A DNA stretch of 64,000 nucleotides from Azolla caroliniana (lineage: Eukaryota > Plantae > Polypodiophyta). Shown piece after piece: positions 1 to 11,822 of this stretch; positions within the stretch are counted from its first letter, which is position 1; each line of letters begins with the position of its first letter. The DNA is taken from assembly GCA_043228905.1 (NCBI GenBank), contig JBHGNT010000017.1, positions 6,014,001 through 6,078,000 on the forward strand. The letters are read 5' to 3'. Under the pieces are notes generated by a model. The model was not told the origin of the DNA, searched no databases, and saw only the letters and a list, made by a program, of their open reading frames with translations. A program made the translations under genes and the position numbers.

Positions 1-1148
1 GGACCGATCTGCCTCCGTGTATAGCATCCGGCTATTAGTGGGTGCGCTAGTTGACGCACCAGCGTGGTTCTCCTCTACAAGGAGCATCAACTGTAAGTCG
101 AAAAATGACGGCGTATTCTCCCTTGTACACACCGCCATTTGGAACGCTCTAAACTTAGATGCCAAGCCCCCAAGACAGACCTGTACCATCTCATGTACCA
201 TCTCATCTTCCTCTACGGTAACATTGATAGAGGCAAGCAAGTCATAGATCTCTTTGATCCGGGCCGTGTAGTCCGCCACCGACATGTCCTTCTATCGGAC
301 ATTGCTCAACTCATGTCGGAGTTGCAGCTTCCGGGCTGTAGTGCTCGCGGCGAAAACCTTCTTCAGGTTCCCCCAAGCCTCCTTCATCGTCTTGGTGTCG
401 AATGTGGCTCAGCAGTTGGTCTCCGACACTGGAAGCGAAGCAGTACATCACTTTGCTTGCCAATTGTTCCCACACTGGGAAGTCCTTATGTGCCGCATCA
501 GGTGTTGTTTCATTGGCTCCTTCGACGAAACTCCAGTAGCCATGCCCAAGCAAGTACTGGTGCATCTTGTACGACCAAGATGCGTAGTTGGATCTGTCAA
601 GTTTCTCCACAGGGAGCGAGCTAGCCATCCCTCTATCCATCACTTCTCTGTCTGTTGTTCTTACGACCTGTTAGGGTTTGCTTTCAAGCGTTTGTCGGCT
701 GTAGAGGTTCTCAACCCTCGTGCTCTGATACCATGTAAATGATTACTTGCGGAAGGGTTAGAAAACAGAGAAAGCAGAGAATACACAAAGTACACGGGAG
801 AGATAGAGAGAGCAGAACGTAAAAGCTATATTCAAAAACGATAAAAACACTCTGTGTATACAACTGTGCTCAATAGCACTATTTATACAAATCCTCGTGG
901 GACTGACAAAAGTACCGCGTACTTCAATGTTCACACGAGCATCTAACACTTACTACGAGACTATAACTGCCTAGTAGTCTAAACTAATACTAGGCTTCCG
1001 GTTACCGATTGGATCCGGCTAACCGGCTCCCTAGCTCACCGGCTCTGTTGCTTGCCGGCTCGGTTGCTCACCGGCTTACCGATCCATCTCGCTTGCCGGC
1101 TCAGGCTTATCCAGCCAATTCAGCTCCAGTTGAGCTTGTCGCTCAATA
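1..1148 (-). mobile_element. Ty1/Copia retrotransposon, 5' part (5' LTR 734-1148, PBS, gag start); continues left of the window
   Basis: PBS TGGTATCAGAGCA (tRNA-iMet type) on minus at 721-733, next to the LTR end ...TTTACA. The reverse complement of 734-1148 aligns along its length with LTR 21313-21774. Frameshifted gag MDRGMASSLPVEKLDRSNYASWSYKMHQYLLGHGYW starts near 643. Confidence 0.85.
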
Positions 1149-1825
1149 TGTTGTATTTCCGGATAACCGTCTGTGTATTCTATGCTTTGTCTAATGCTTC
1201 CACACGTAATCTTTTACATGGTATCAGAGCACAAGGGTTAGAAGAACCTTATTCCACTGACAAACTGAATCAACACAGAGATGAAGAGTTTTCATCCGAA
1301 CAATAGGAACATGGACAGAGGTATGGGAAGCTCACTTCCAACAAAAAAGCTCGATAGGAGTAACTATGCATCTTGCTCGTACAAGATGCACCAATACTTG
1401 ATTGGTCATGGATACTGGAGTTACGTCGAAGAAGTGAATGATGTAGCACCGAATGTGACACACAAGGACTTTCCGGTGTCGTGAAAATCCGTCACTATGT
1501 GCGGATCGTGAGGCGGAACCATCGGGTTTATGGACGGGAAGGAATTAGGGCTTACACGCACAACACAATGAAGGCTTACACAATCAATATACGAGTATTC
1601 AAACCTGTTTGTGAAAAGGAGAGGTGCATGGACAAGCCCGAATCAACCCCTAGTCATAAGGCGAACGAATGCACATGAGGAAGGCTTACACACGGACACA
1701 CAAGGAAAAGGCTTACTTACACACACGAGAGACAGAGTTTCGAATGCCTTTGTGAAAAGAGAGGTGCATGGGCAAGCCCGAACGCTCCCTTGTTACAAAA
1801 CACGTGAACACACAAGCAAGGTTTA

Positions 1826-4800
1826 TGTTGGGGACGAGGTCGTCTATGCGGAAGATCAAGAAGCATTCGATCCTTGCTGAGTACCTGCGTATGACAGAAT
1901 GTAGGTCGTTGCACAGAGAGAGAGAGAGAGAGAGAGACACACACACAAAAAGACTCTTTATTTCACAAAGCAATAATACAACACCCAACCTTACAAAAAG
2001 GTTACAAGGTCACTATATATAGTGACCGACTTAGGGCAACTACCCTTTATGCTAATTACATAAATGGCCAAAACGGGATAGTGTGAATACGTCCATTATA
2101 CACATGTATTCGACACTCCCCCGTAATGGGCGTATACATGGGTTATCTAAGATTACAGGTATAGACTTAGGTTCTCGGACATATCAGCTTTGTTCGAGTC
2201 GGCAGGGTCCGAAGGCAGAAGACCGAACTGGTCGGGTCGGAACAGTTGAAGCCGATCATTAAGCAACTGATGTCGGTTGTCGGGAACCATCCTGCTCTGT
2301 GTCCCGCTCTAACCGGACTGGTTTGTCGTTACGCCCATCTGATGCCGAAGAGACCGAAAACGGTCTGCCGAAAGACACTTGGTCATTCCATCTGCGACAT
2401 TGTCGGTTGTGGATATTTTCTCTAGACCGATTTTCCCTGAAATGACGCAGTCCCGAACGAAGTGATATCGAACGTCGATATGTTTGGAGGCGTTGTGGTG
2501 AACCGGATTTTTCGACAAGGCAACAGCACCTTGACTGTCGCTGTAGACAACTGGAGCTGAGTCATGGTCGACTTGTCGAAACGTGTGCGCCAGCCGACCG
2601 AGCCACAAAGCTTCTTTTGCTGCGTCGGACGCAGCTACATATTCTGCTTCGGTCGTTGAGGTCGTTGTGCACTCCTGAAGTTTCGACTTCCACGAGATTG
2701 CTCCATTGCTGAATTTGAAGCAGTATCCGGTTGTTGATTTCCGACTGTCTATACAGCCGGCGAAATCCGAGTCGGTGTAACCGACTACGCCTGAGGTTCG
2801 GTTCGGACCGAAAAGAATGCCGTGGTCTTTTGTGCCAGCCAGATATCTGAACACATGCTTGACTGCGTTCCAATGCGATCGGCCAGGATTGTGCATAAAT
2901 CTGCTAACGACTCCTACGGCGTGAGAAATATCAGGCCGTGTCGCGACCATCAGGTACATAAGGGAGCCGACTGCCGGTGCATACGGTACCGACTTCATAT
3001 CTTCCCCCTCCGAGCCGGATGTCGGGCAGTCTCGCTTAGAGAGCCGAAGATTCATGGGGAGCGGGGTTGAAGCAGATTTGGCTGATTGCATGTTGAAGCG
3101 TTCCAAGACACGTCCGATATAGTCGGTCTGAGACAAAAAGAGATGTCGTTTATCGCGATGCCGACTAATTTTCATGCCAAGGATGTGTCGTGCCGGACCG
3201 AGGTCCTTCATGGCAAACTTCAACCGCAGTTGCCGAACGAGATCGGCAAGTTCGCCCGCGTGGCGTCCAGAAATTAGCATGTCGTCCACGTAAATGATGA
3301 GGAAGATGGGTGATCCATCTTGAGCTGTGTTGGTGAGGAGACAATGGTCCTCATCGCTTTTGGAGAAGCCGATCGATTGGATGAAGTCGTCGAACTTCTT
3401 GTACCATTGTCGCGGTGCCTGTTTGAGGCCGTATAGACTCTTCCTGAGTCGGCAGACTAGATGTTCTTGGCCAGTTGCCACGAAACCTTTTGGCTGCTCC
3501 ATATAAATTTCCTCCTCGAGATCACCATGGAGGAAGGCTGTTTTGACATCTAGCTGAATCAGCTCCAAGTTATCGGCTGCCACGACGCCGAGCAGAAAAC
3601 GAAGGGTTGTCATTTTCACCACTGGTGAAAAAATCTCGTCGAAGTCGACGCCATATTCTTGTCGGAAGCCCTTCGCAACTAATCTGGCCTTGTACTTTGG
3701 GGTGGTCGAATCAGACGTCTCTTTTAGTCGATAAACCCACTTGCAAGGAAGAGCACGTCGGTTCCTAGGTAATTCGACCAGATCCCAAGTCTTGTTTGCC
3801 CGGATGGAGTGCATTTCCGACTCCATCGCCAGATGCCAGGTGGCCGAATCGACAGATGTCGATGCTTCTTCGTAAGACGTCGGTTCGCCGGCGTCGGTGA
3901 AGAAAATTCCAGGAGAATACCTCTCCGGAGGTTGCGACAGTCTCTCGGATCGTCGAGGTATGATTGGACTGGTCGCATCGGGTATCGAGGTCGGATGGTC
4001 CGAAACCGAATCATTCGGCTGTGCCGAGTCAGAGTTGTCCGAGTCGGTAGTATAAGGTTCAGCTACCCGTGAAGCTGACCGTGTGTTGAGAGCGGGGCCT
4101 TCTTGAAGGGTCGGCACATCGGAGAATGTTACCCTTCGGACTTCGATCGGTTTTTCGACTGATGGATTCATAGTCGACTCGTTGAACACAACGTCCGAAC
4201 TTCGAACGATTTGTCTGCGTTCGGGGTCCCAGAGTCGGTATCCCATTTCGCCGTCTGATCCATATCCAAGGAAAATGCATTTCCTGGACCGAGGTGCAAG
4301 TTTTCGGCGATCATCTTTCGGAATGAGGGCGTACGCCTCGCATCCGAAGATCCTCAGCTTGTCGTAATTCGGCTTACTGCCGATCCATAGTTCCTGAGGA
4401 ATTTGAAGTCCTAGAGGTCTACTTGGCGACATATTGATTATGTGTACTGTCGTGAGTAGAGCCTCTGCCCAGAAGCCATCCGACAGTCGGGAGTGTTGGA
4501 GCATGGAAACTATCCGTTCTTGGATTGTCCGATTCATTCGTTCTGCAATCCCGTTTTGCTCCGGACTGTGTGGTGCCGTAAATTCACGTCGGATGCCGCG
4601 TTGTCGGCAGAATTTGACGAATTCTTCGGATTTGAACTCTCCCCCATTGTCTGTCCGAAGGCATTTCAGCTTTCGGTCGGTTTGATTTTCTACCATAGCG
4701 AGCCAATCGGTGAAGATCGAGAAGACACGATCTTTGGTGCGAATTGGATAAGCCCACACCTTTCGAGTCGAATCGTCAATAAAACTGACGAAGTAAGAGG

Positions 4801-7073
4801 CACCGCCTAGAGACTGATGCGGCATTGGGCCACAGACGTCCGAATGGACTAAATCAAGAGGTCTCGTTTCTCTTGGTGCTGATGTCGGGTGTGATGCGGC
4901 TGCTTGTTTGCCATACTGGCAATGCTCGCAGAATTGATGGTCGGAGAAGGAGAGTTTGGGGATGTATCCGGCTCTAGATAGATGCGTGATGCCGGCCTTG
5001 CTGAGGTGTCCTAATCTTCGGTGCCATAGTGATGACACAGGAATATCCACCAAAAACAGGTTACCCTCTCTGAGCGTAACATGTAACGGATACAGGGAGT
5101 GTATCTTGGGTCCTCTAGCAAGCAGGAGGTTCCCCCTGTGGAGTGTCCACCCTCCCGAAGAAAAACCGGCACGAATGCCGTCTTCATCTAGTTGTCCGAC
5201 TGAGATCAATGGCCTTGAGAGCTCGGGTACATGTCGGACATTGTGAAGTACAAGTGTAGAGCCACCTGCAAGGTTGAGCTCTACTGTGCCGATTCCGATG
5301 ATGTCACAGTGTTGTGAGTTGCCGACTCGAACTGAGTCGGAGTGACGGACCGTATATTGCCGAAATTGGGATCTATGAGGAGTCACGTGAAATGACGCGC
5401 CCGAATCCAAGAGCCATGTGCTCGATTCTTCAGTCGTGAGCAGAACTTCGGATCCGACTGGATTTTCGATTGACAGTATATTCGGGTCGTCCGGTAGTAC
5501 ATCAGCCGAGAAGCTGACGTAATTGATCTCCTCATGCCGGCCACTCTTCTTGTTGTTCTTGTTCTTGAGTGCGCGGCAGTCGGCTTTGATGTGTCCGGGT
5601 TTCTTGCAATAGTTGCAGATTCGGTTATCCCGTGACTGGCTCCATCTTCGCTGATTGTTCGGCGGCCGTGAGGAATCTCGTCCTCGTATGTTCGATCGGT
5701 CTGTCGAACCTTGTACTACATAAGCGTCGTCTGTTGAGTCTTTGGCAAAAGACTTTCTCCGAGCTGCTTCGGTCAGGATTGCGCTCGTGACTTCGGAGTA
5801 TTTAACAGCCGTGGTTGACGCGTTGCACACGGTTGTGACGAAAGTTTCCCATGATGAGGGAAGGCTGCTCATGAGTATCATTGCTCTGAGTTCATCCTCG
5901 ATTGCCGTCCCCTGTGACGAGATTTGGGAGCTTATGCTTTCGTACTCATTGAGGTGTGCTTGAACCGAGTCGGATTCTTTCATCCGCAAGTTGTAGAGGC
6001 GCCGGATCAGAAACATCTTCGTTGCGGCGACCTTCTTTTCGTAAGTGTCCGACAGTGTTTTCCACAGTTCGAATGCTGTCGTACACGATTGCACCGTAAA
6101 GTATACCGATTCCGATAGGTGCATCCGAATCGTGGCGCGGACGATTCTGTCCAGCTTTTGCCACTCAATTGGTTTGTATCCTTCTGGAGGTTCTTCATTT
6201 TCGATGGGATCGATTTGCCCCTTGACTATGAGATAGTCCTGCATTTGCTCCTTCCAGAAGTTGAAGTTCGATCCATCGAACTTTCGTAGACTCATTTCCG
6301 ACGAGCCGGATGTTGATGCCATCAAATTTGGTTTCGGTTGACGGAGCTCGGTTCGGAGTTGACTACGAACCTTGTTGGAGTGCAGCCGGTTGGCTCACCC
6401 GATATCGTTCTAGTCGGATTTGAACCCGAGTCGGTTCGGCTTCGGAACTTGCTCGAGTTGACTCCGGTAGCTTGAGGGACAGAACCGACTGGTCTTCCCG
6501 AATGTTGCCGAGTCGGAGTGAGCCCGGTTCGCTTCGGATATATATGCCGAATACCGATTATTGAAACCGATTATCTGGACCGATTCTGCTTCGGTTGACT
6601 GCAGCGACGAGAGAGACGGATCCAACTGATCCTCTCGAATGTCGATCAGCCAGATGAAGCACGAATTTGGGGTTGTTGTCTTGAGACCGATCTGCACCGA
6701 GTGGTTACAACGAGCGGCGTTTGATTACCTCTTCGGATGCCGTTAAACCGAATGGAGCACGATCGTGTCAATGTTGCACAGGGGGATTTCACCTCGAGCG
6801 GTTACGATCACAAGGAACGGAGTACAACCTGCTGGCTTACTCCAAGCAAAGATGATCTAACGCAATGAGATGCAAACCTGGTTTTTCTTCTTCTTCTCTC
6901 TTCTTCGAATGACGCAGGAAACCGAATGCAGAGACGACGGCCGACAGCGGATTGAAGGACCGACTACTGTGCAGGCTCTGATACCAGATGTTGGGGACGA
7001 GGTCGTCTATGCGGAAGATCAAGAAGCATTCGATCCTTGCTGAGTACCTGCGTATGACAGAATGTAGGTCGTT

Positions 7074-7111
<38 letters not shown>

Positions 7112-7282
7112 ACAAAAAGACTCTTTATTTCACAAAGCAATAATACAACACCCAACCTTACAAAAAGGTTACAAGGTCACTATATATAGTGACCGACTTA
7201 GGGCAACTACCCTTTATGCTAATTACATAAATGGCCAAAATGGGATAGTGTGAATACGTCCATTATACACATGTATTCGACA
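1826..7282 (-). mobile_element. Young, apparently intact Ty1/Copia retrotransposon (Tork/TAR, Tnt1-like)
   Basis: 5-bp TSD GTTTA (1821-1825 / 7283-7287). LTRs 1826-2115 and 6989-7282 are TG...CA and differ by one substitution plus microsatellite length. PBS 6975-6986; PPT GGGGGAG 2116-2122; single uninterrupted ORF. Confidence 0.97.
2309..6325 (-). CDS. Copia gag-pol polyprotein (GAG-CCHC-PR-INT-RT-RH), 1338 aa
   Basis: CNYCKKPGHIKADC zinc knuckle, WLLDSGASFH protease, HSDVCGPM / TDNGGEF / NGIAERMN integrase, YVDDML RT, GYTDSDFAG and ADGMTK RNase H. Confidence 0.97.
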   Translation of the reverse strand: MMASTSGSSEMSLRKFDGSNFNFWKEQMQDYLIVKGQIDPIENEEPPEGYKPIEWQKLDRIVRATIRMHLSESVYFTVQSCTTAFELWKTLSDTYEKKVAATKMFLIRRLYNLRMKESDSVQAHLNEYESISSQISSQGTAIEDELRAMILMSSLPSSWETFVTTVCNASTTAVKYSEVTSAILTEAARRKSFAKDSTDDAYVVQGSTDRSNIRGRDSSRPPNNQRRWSQSRDNRICNYCKKPGHIKADCRALKNKNNKKSGRHEEINYVSFSADVLPDDPNILSIENPVGSEVLLTTEESSTWLLDSGASFHVTPHRSQFRQYTVRHSDSVRVGNSQHCDIIGIGTVELNLAGGSTLVLHNVRHVPELSRPLISVGQLDEDGIRAGFSSGGWTLHRGNLLLARGPKIHSLYPLHVTLREGNLFLVDIPVSSLWHRRLGHLSKAGITHLSRAGYIPKLSFSDHQFCEHCQYGKQAAASHPTSAPRETRPLDLVHSDVCGPMPHQSLGGASYFVSFIDDSTRKVWAYPIRTKDRVFSIFTDWLAMVENQTDRKLKCLRTDNGGEFKSEEFVKFCRQRGIRREFTAPHSPEQNGIAERMNRTIQERIVSMLQHSRLSDGFWAEALLTTVHIINMSPSRPLGLQIPQELWIGSKPNYDKLRIFGCEAYALIPKDDRRKLAPRSRKCIFLGYGSDGEMGYRLWDPERRQIVRSSDVVFNESTMNPSVEKPIEVRRVTFSDVPTLQEGPALNTRSASRVAEPYTTDSDNSDSAQPNDSVSDHPTSIPDATSPIIPRRSERLSQPPERYSPGIFFTDAGEPTSYEEASTSVDSATWHLAMESEMHSIRANKTWDLVELPRNRRALPCKWVYRLKETSDSTTPKYKARLVAKGFRQEYGVDFDEIFSPVVKMTTLRFLLGVVAADNLELIQLDVKTAFLHGDLEEEIYMEQPKGFVATGQEHLVCRLRKSLYGLKQAPRQWYKKFDDFIQSIGFSKSDEDHCLLTNTAQDGSPIFLIIYVDDMLISGRHAGELADLVRQLRLKFAMKDLGPARHILGMKISRHRDKRHLFLSQTDYIGRVLERFNMQSAKSASTPLPMNLRLSKRDCPTSGSEGEDMKSVPYAPAVGSLMYLMVATRPDISHAVGVVSRFMHNPGRSHWNAVKHVFRYLAGTKDHGILFGPNRTSGVVGYTDSDFAGCIDSRKSTTGYCFKFSNGAISWKSKLQECTTTSTTEAEYVAASDAAKEALWLGRLAHTFRQVDHDSAPVVYSDSQGAVALSKNPVHHNASKHIDVRYHFVRDCVISGKIGLEKISTTDNVADGMTKCLSADRFRSLRHQMGVTTNQSG

Positions 7283-8556
7283 GTTTATACATGGGAGACA
7301 CAATTTCGAACGCCTTTGTGAAAGGAGAGGTGCATGGGCAAGCCCGAACGCTCAATGTTCAAAGTTTTGAACTTGACGCGTCTCTCTCTCATTGAGTGTA
7401 GTCATCCCATACGCACCATTAGGTGCTAAATATAGTTTTCCTTCTTGCTTCTTTCTTCTTTTCGGGGACTTACTTTTTCTCAAACTATCTTTCCCCAATT
7501 CTTCAATAGTCCATGTTAAAAATCTGAGGCCTCATCTCTGAGGCTATCTTGGTTCCTCTCATGATTAGCTCGCACTGTCAAGAATTGAACCGACTTTTGA
7601 CCATCAAGACTCTTCACCCGAGCGAATGTTGCTCCACTAGTGAACACCTTAGTCTCCATCCTTGATGATGATATGTAGGGTTGCCCAAGAATCACCAAAT
7701 GGGAAGCCGAATCTTGCACAAAAAAGTGTTGGTCGATCTCTACATCCCTGATTGTGACTTGAATGTTGGGACATCCTCCATAAAGATCTTCTATGGCCTT
7801 CGTCGCCGCACGAATCTTCCATCCATGGTTTGTGTTGATAGGCCATCTTCCCTTCTTGTAGAAATCCGTCGACATGAGGTTAATCTCTGATCCATGGTCT
7901 ATAAGAGCCACAACCATCTCTTTCTTCTCTCCAATCTTCACCGGAATTTCCGTTGTCGCTTTCGCCCAATGGGGTCATGTATAATGACTGTCCACTAGAT
8001 CTTCTTCTTTCTCTTCCGTTCTTGCCATAGTTATGGCATTGGTTGTCACCTTTGTCGAAATTCCCTCTTCCTCATTCGCTGTCGTGCCTTTCGGCGCCAG
8101 ATCGTTTGCGTGAGTCGGGTGGGAACCGTTGGGGTTTTGGACTAGGAGAAAGAAGAATATGAGATAATGTTAGTTAGGAAGAGATTGTAAGAAGAAGATA
8201 TGAAACTCGTGAATCCCAGGAGTATAATGTATTAATGGGTAATTAGATTGTAAGAGAGAATTAGATGATAAAATCGTGAATCCCACGAATATTTTGTATT
8301 AATCAATCCTTCTAAAAAAAATCAACAACCCTATACATCTTTCTCTCTTCCTTATATAGTGTTGGAAGAGTCTAAGTTTATCACATGCAAGCATCATGTT
8401 TTTCCTAACTTTAGTTTTCATGCACACTACATGTGCATGATTAGCTTTCTATCCCATCTTTTCTTTTTAACTCGAGTGTGTATGCATGAATAACTTTTTG
8501 TACCATGCATATCTAGAATATTTACATGGGATAAAGTTTAGTATAACTTTAAAATT

Positions 8557-8630
8557 CATAGTATGCTAGTATAGTGGTAAGGCTGGGTTTGTCAAAGTGG
8601 AGGTACAGGGTTTGAATCCTGCCCTATGCA
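8557..8630 (+). promoter_or_regulatory. tRNA-Asp-like module with Pol III A and B boxes inside the LTR of element B
   Basis: TAGTATAGTGGTAAG (A box/D-arm), TTGTCA anticodon-like motif, GGTTTGAATCC (B box), followed by T-runs. Confidence 0.6.
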
Positions 8631-9233
8631 CGTAATGAATATTTTTAATATTTTATTTTTATTTATTATATGTACTCTAAATCGGATATAGTGTTTTACA
8701 TATTTCACGTAGTGTGTGATTCACACTACAACACTCGCCCCCTCCGAACCCACACATCCTCCGGTATGTGCCGAAGTCCCGATGCTTGCTATTCACCTTC
8801 ATCCAAAGCTTCCTCTGATACTCCCCTTAAGTCGACTATGAGTTGTAATCCACTTTCTTCGCTTTCCGCATCACCGCGATCTTCGTCCAATTGCTCCTCC
8901 TTGTCGGTCTTATCTAGGATCACATAGGGTTCTTCATCAGTTCGCTTTTTGAAAATCTTCACCCGTTTCCCGGCTATAGACACTCGTAGTATCGTTCCAT
9001 CCAACTCGCATAGTCGGTAAGTTCCGTTGTCGAAAACTTTCCAAACCTCGTATGGCCCGAACCACCTTTTCGTGAACTTCCGCATCATTGTATGTTGATG
9101 ATCCAAACTACTGTCGTAGACAATCATCCAATCTCCTTCTTCAATCTTCCGCGGTCATAGTCGATGCTTTGTGTCGAACCGGCTTTTATTCTGGAATCGC
9201 GCTTCTTGTTGTCGGCGTATTGATTCCGCTATG

Positions 9234-9497
9234 TCTTCCAGTCTTCCCTCTAGTTGTCGTATCCGGACCGCTAGTAGTTCTTCCCGGCTCATCTCTTCCT
9301 TCCACGGTAGCACTGTCCATGTCACGATCGTAGTTTCCGTTGGCACTACCGGTGCTTGTCCGGTGCTCTTCCAGTCTTCCCTCTAGTTGTCGTATCCGGA
9401 CCGCTAGTAGTTCTTCCCAGCTCATCTCTTCCTTCCACGGTAGCACTGTCCATGTCACGATCGTAGTTTCCGTTGGCACTACCGGTGCTTGTCCGGT
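9234..9497. repeat. Tandem duplication (2 x 131 bp, 2-nt GC spacer) frameshifting the integrase of element B
   Basis: 9234-9364 and 9367-9497 differ at one position seen. Confidence 0.9.
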
Positions 9498-11342
9498 CAT
9501 GAGTTCTGCTAGCATGTAACCGGTTACAGAGCTATGCGTCGTCCGATATGCCCATAGTGCATACGGGAGCATCTGCGGCCAATCCTTCACCCTTCCGTCG
9601 CATGCTTTGGCAAGTGCTTTGACGATCAGACTATGTCCTCGTTCGATTTTCCCGTTGGCCTCCGGATTGTATGCCGTTGTTAGTGTTAACCGAACTCCAT
9701 GTTTGGTGAAGAATTCCCTAGCTCTATCAAAGTCAAGTTCTCCCCGATCCGCAATCACTTGTCCTACACACCCGTACCTACAAAACACTTCTTCCAAAAG
9801 AAATTGGCATACCGCAGAACACGTTTTCCTCCGTAGCGCTCGACCTTCTACTTGGTTTGTGAGATCTTCCCAAGCTAACGCCAAGTACTTCTTTTGTCTT
9901 ATCCCGGTTGGCATGGCTACAATGTCGACCATCCATTTGAAGTTGATTGTCGGTGAGAATGTCGGATGTAACTCATCTCGGTGTCGAACCCCGGAGTAGA
10001 CTTGGCATTTCTCGCAACTTTCCATGAACTCCGCGACATCTTTGTACATATTCTTCCACCAATATCTTTGCTTGATCTTCACAAATGTTGCCCATGTTCC
10101 TTGATGTCCAGCCCAATCGGATTCGTGAAATTCGGACATTATCTGGTTTCGTTGCTCTTTTATCCCGACGTGGTATGCCATCCGGTCTTTTCGGCTCCCT
10201 CCATATTAATCCATTTTTCAAGAAGAATTTTCGGATTTGCCGCTTCTTACTTCGGATCTCGGCTCTCTTCTCTTTATTATCTGATGAATCCTCAATTTCT
10301 TGTAGCATTTTCCCGATCAACAAGCTTTCTCCCTCGTATTCTTCTTCCCAGAAATCTCGGATTATGTTCACCCGGCATATGTGCGACTGATTTCGTCGCG
10401 CCTTGTGGTAGCATGCACATCCGGTCTAATCCTATCGGTGTTCACATGGTAGTGATGTCTCGGCTCTCCACGGCTAGTTGGAATTGGTCATACCCGGAGT
10501 ATAGGTCTCCGATGGAGTATATCGCACATCCGGCAAATGCTTCCGCAAATTCGTCCACTATCGGACCGACTCCGGAGTTCCGGATTGTGACGTTGTTCAC
10601 CGGTTGCAAGTCTTGGATAAATCGGAGTGACCCATTCTTCTTCGGAACCATAAACCATCGATTTGAGTACGGAGCGTTGGATGGCTCTAGAATCCCCATC
10701 GCCACCTTCTCCTTGAGCAAGTCGATGATTTTGGGAATATGCGCCCGCAACACCGAAATCAGCTTCAGGTTCCACGGCACATGGTCAATCGTGAAGATCA
10801 CCATCGGCTCCACTATCTTTGAATCAACGCAGCCTATCTCCCTTGATGTGAATGCGAACGCTTTGCCATGTTGCTCCAACATCTCACGAAACCGTTCTTC
10901 TTCTTTTTGTAAGAGGAAACCACCTCCACCGATCCGAAGTTTCTTTCGGGTCTCATCCGTGAAGGCATGTCCGATATCCACGGACTTCCGAAGTGTCGGA
11001 TCTCCCGAGACTTCTTTCCTCTTTTGCTCGCTATCGGCGGGTAATGGTCTTGCGGCCGGTTTCACTTTCTTCTCCACGGTCTTGTATTTCGTACTTACCA
11101 TTGCTTCTTCTTTGCGGAGCGCATCCGGCCCCATTTTCGCAATGATCTCATACATCTTGATTGATTCCACCGGAATTACCCGGTTTCCCTGGCTTGTATC
11201 TTCCACGAGCTCTTCAAGTCGTTGTAGCGTGCTCCCATAGAACATTTCTTCGACTATTCCCACGATTTCTTCGTCTTCTTTTATTATTGATGTCGACCGC
11301 AACTTATCCTCTACTTTTCGGTATTCTTTCTTCATTACTCCG

Positions 11343-11646
11343 TGTTGAGAGATCAAGTTCAACTTAGTTTAGTTAGTTAGTCAACACATGTAACTTAGTA
11401 GTTACCTAGATAGAATCTAGTTAGTGTGTTGACCATAAAGCCTTAAATAGGATTTCGTACTCGAGTGGGATACATTGTAGATCCACCACTCGACTTACAC
11501 GTTGTACCTATATTCTCCTAGCACATGTGCACCCTTGCACATGAAACCTATATATACCTCATTGAAGGTATTTTTGTATTTGATGATAGTTGATGATGAT
11601 AATGCCAATTTAATATACTGACTCATCCCCCATCTTGTGTTATTCA

Positions 11647-11720
<74 letters not shown>

Positions 11721-11822
11721 TCTCACACACATACACACACATATCACATAATCTTCCGCTTATTAACTTAATCACATAATTAGGTACTAATTAACCCTTA
11801 ATTACTTACCTAATTCTTAACA
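11343..11822. mobile_element. Solo LTR (480 bp) with a long (CT)n microsatellite
   Basis: TGTTGAGA...TCTTAACA termini; 5-bp TSD CTCCG (11338-11342 / 11823-11827); interrupts the pol frame of element B. Confidence 0.9.

Noticed and set aside
734-948. Short 215-bp LTR ending TCTAACA
   Set aside because: Homology to LTR 21313-21774 continues to 1148, so this is an internal site.
9981-11240. 419-aa plus-strand ORF
   Set aside because: Antisense shadow of pol that crosses a deletion junction; no motifs.
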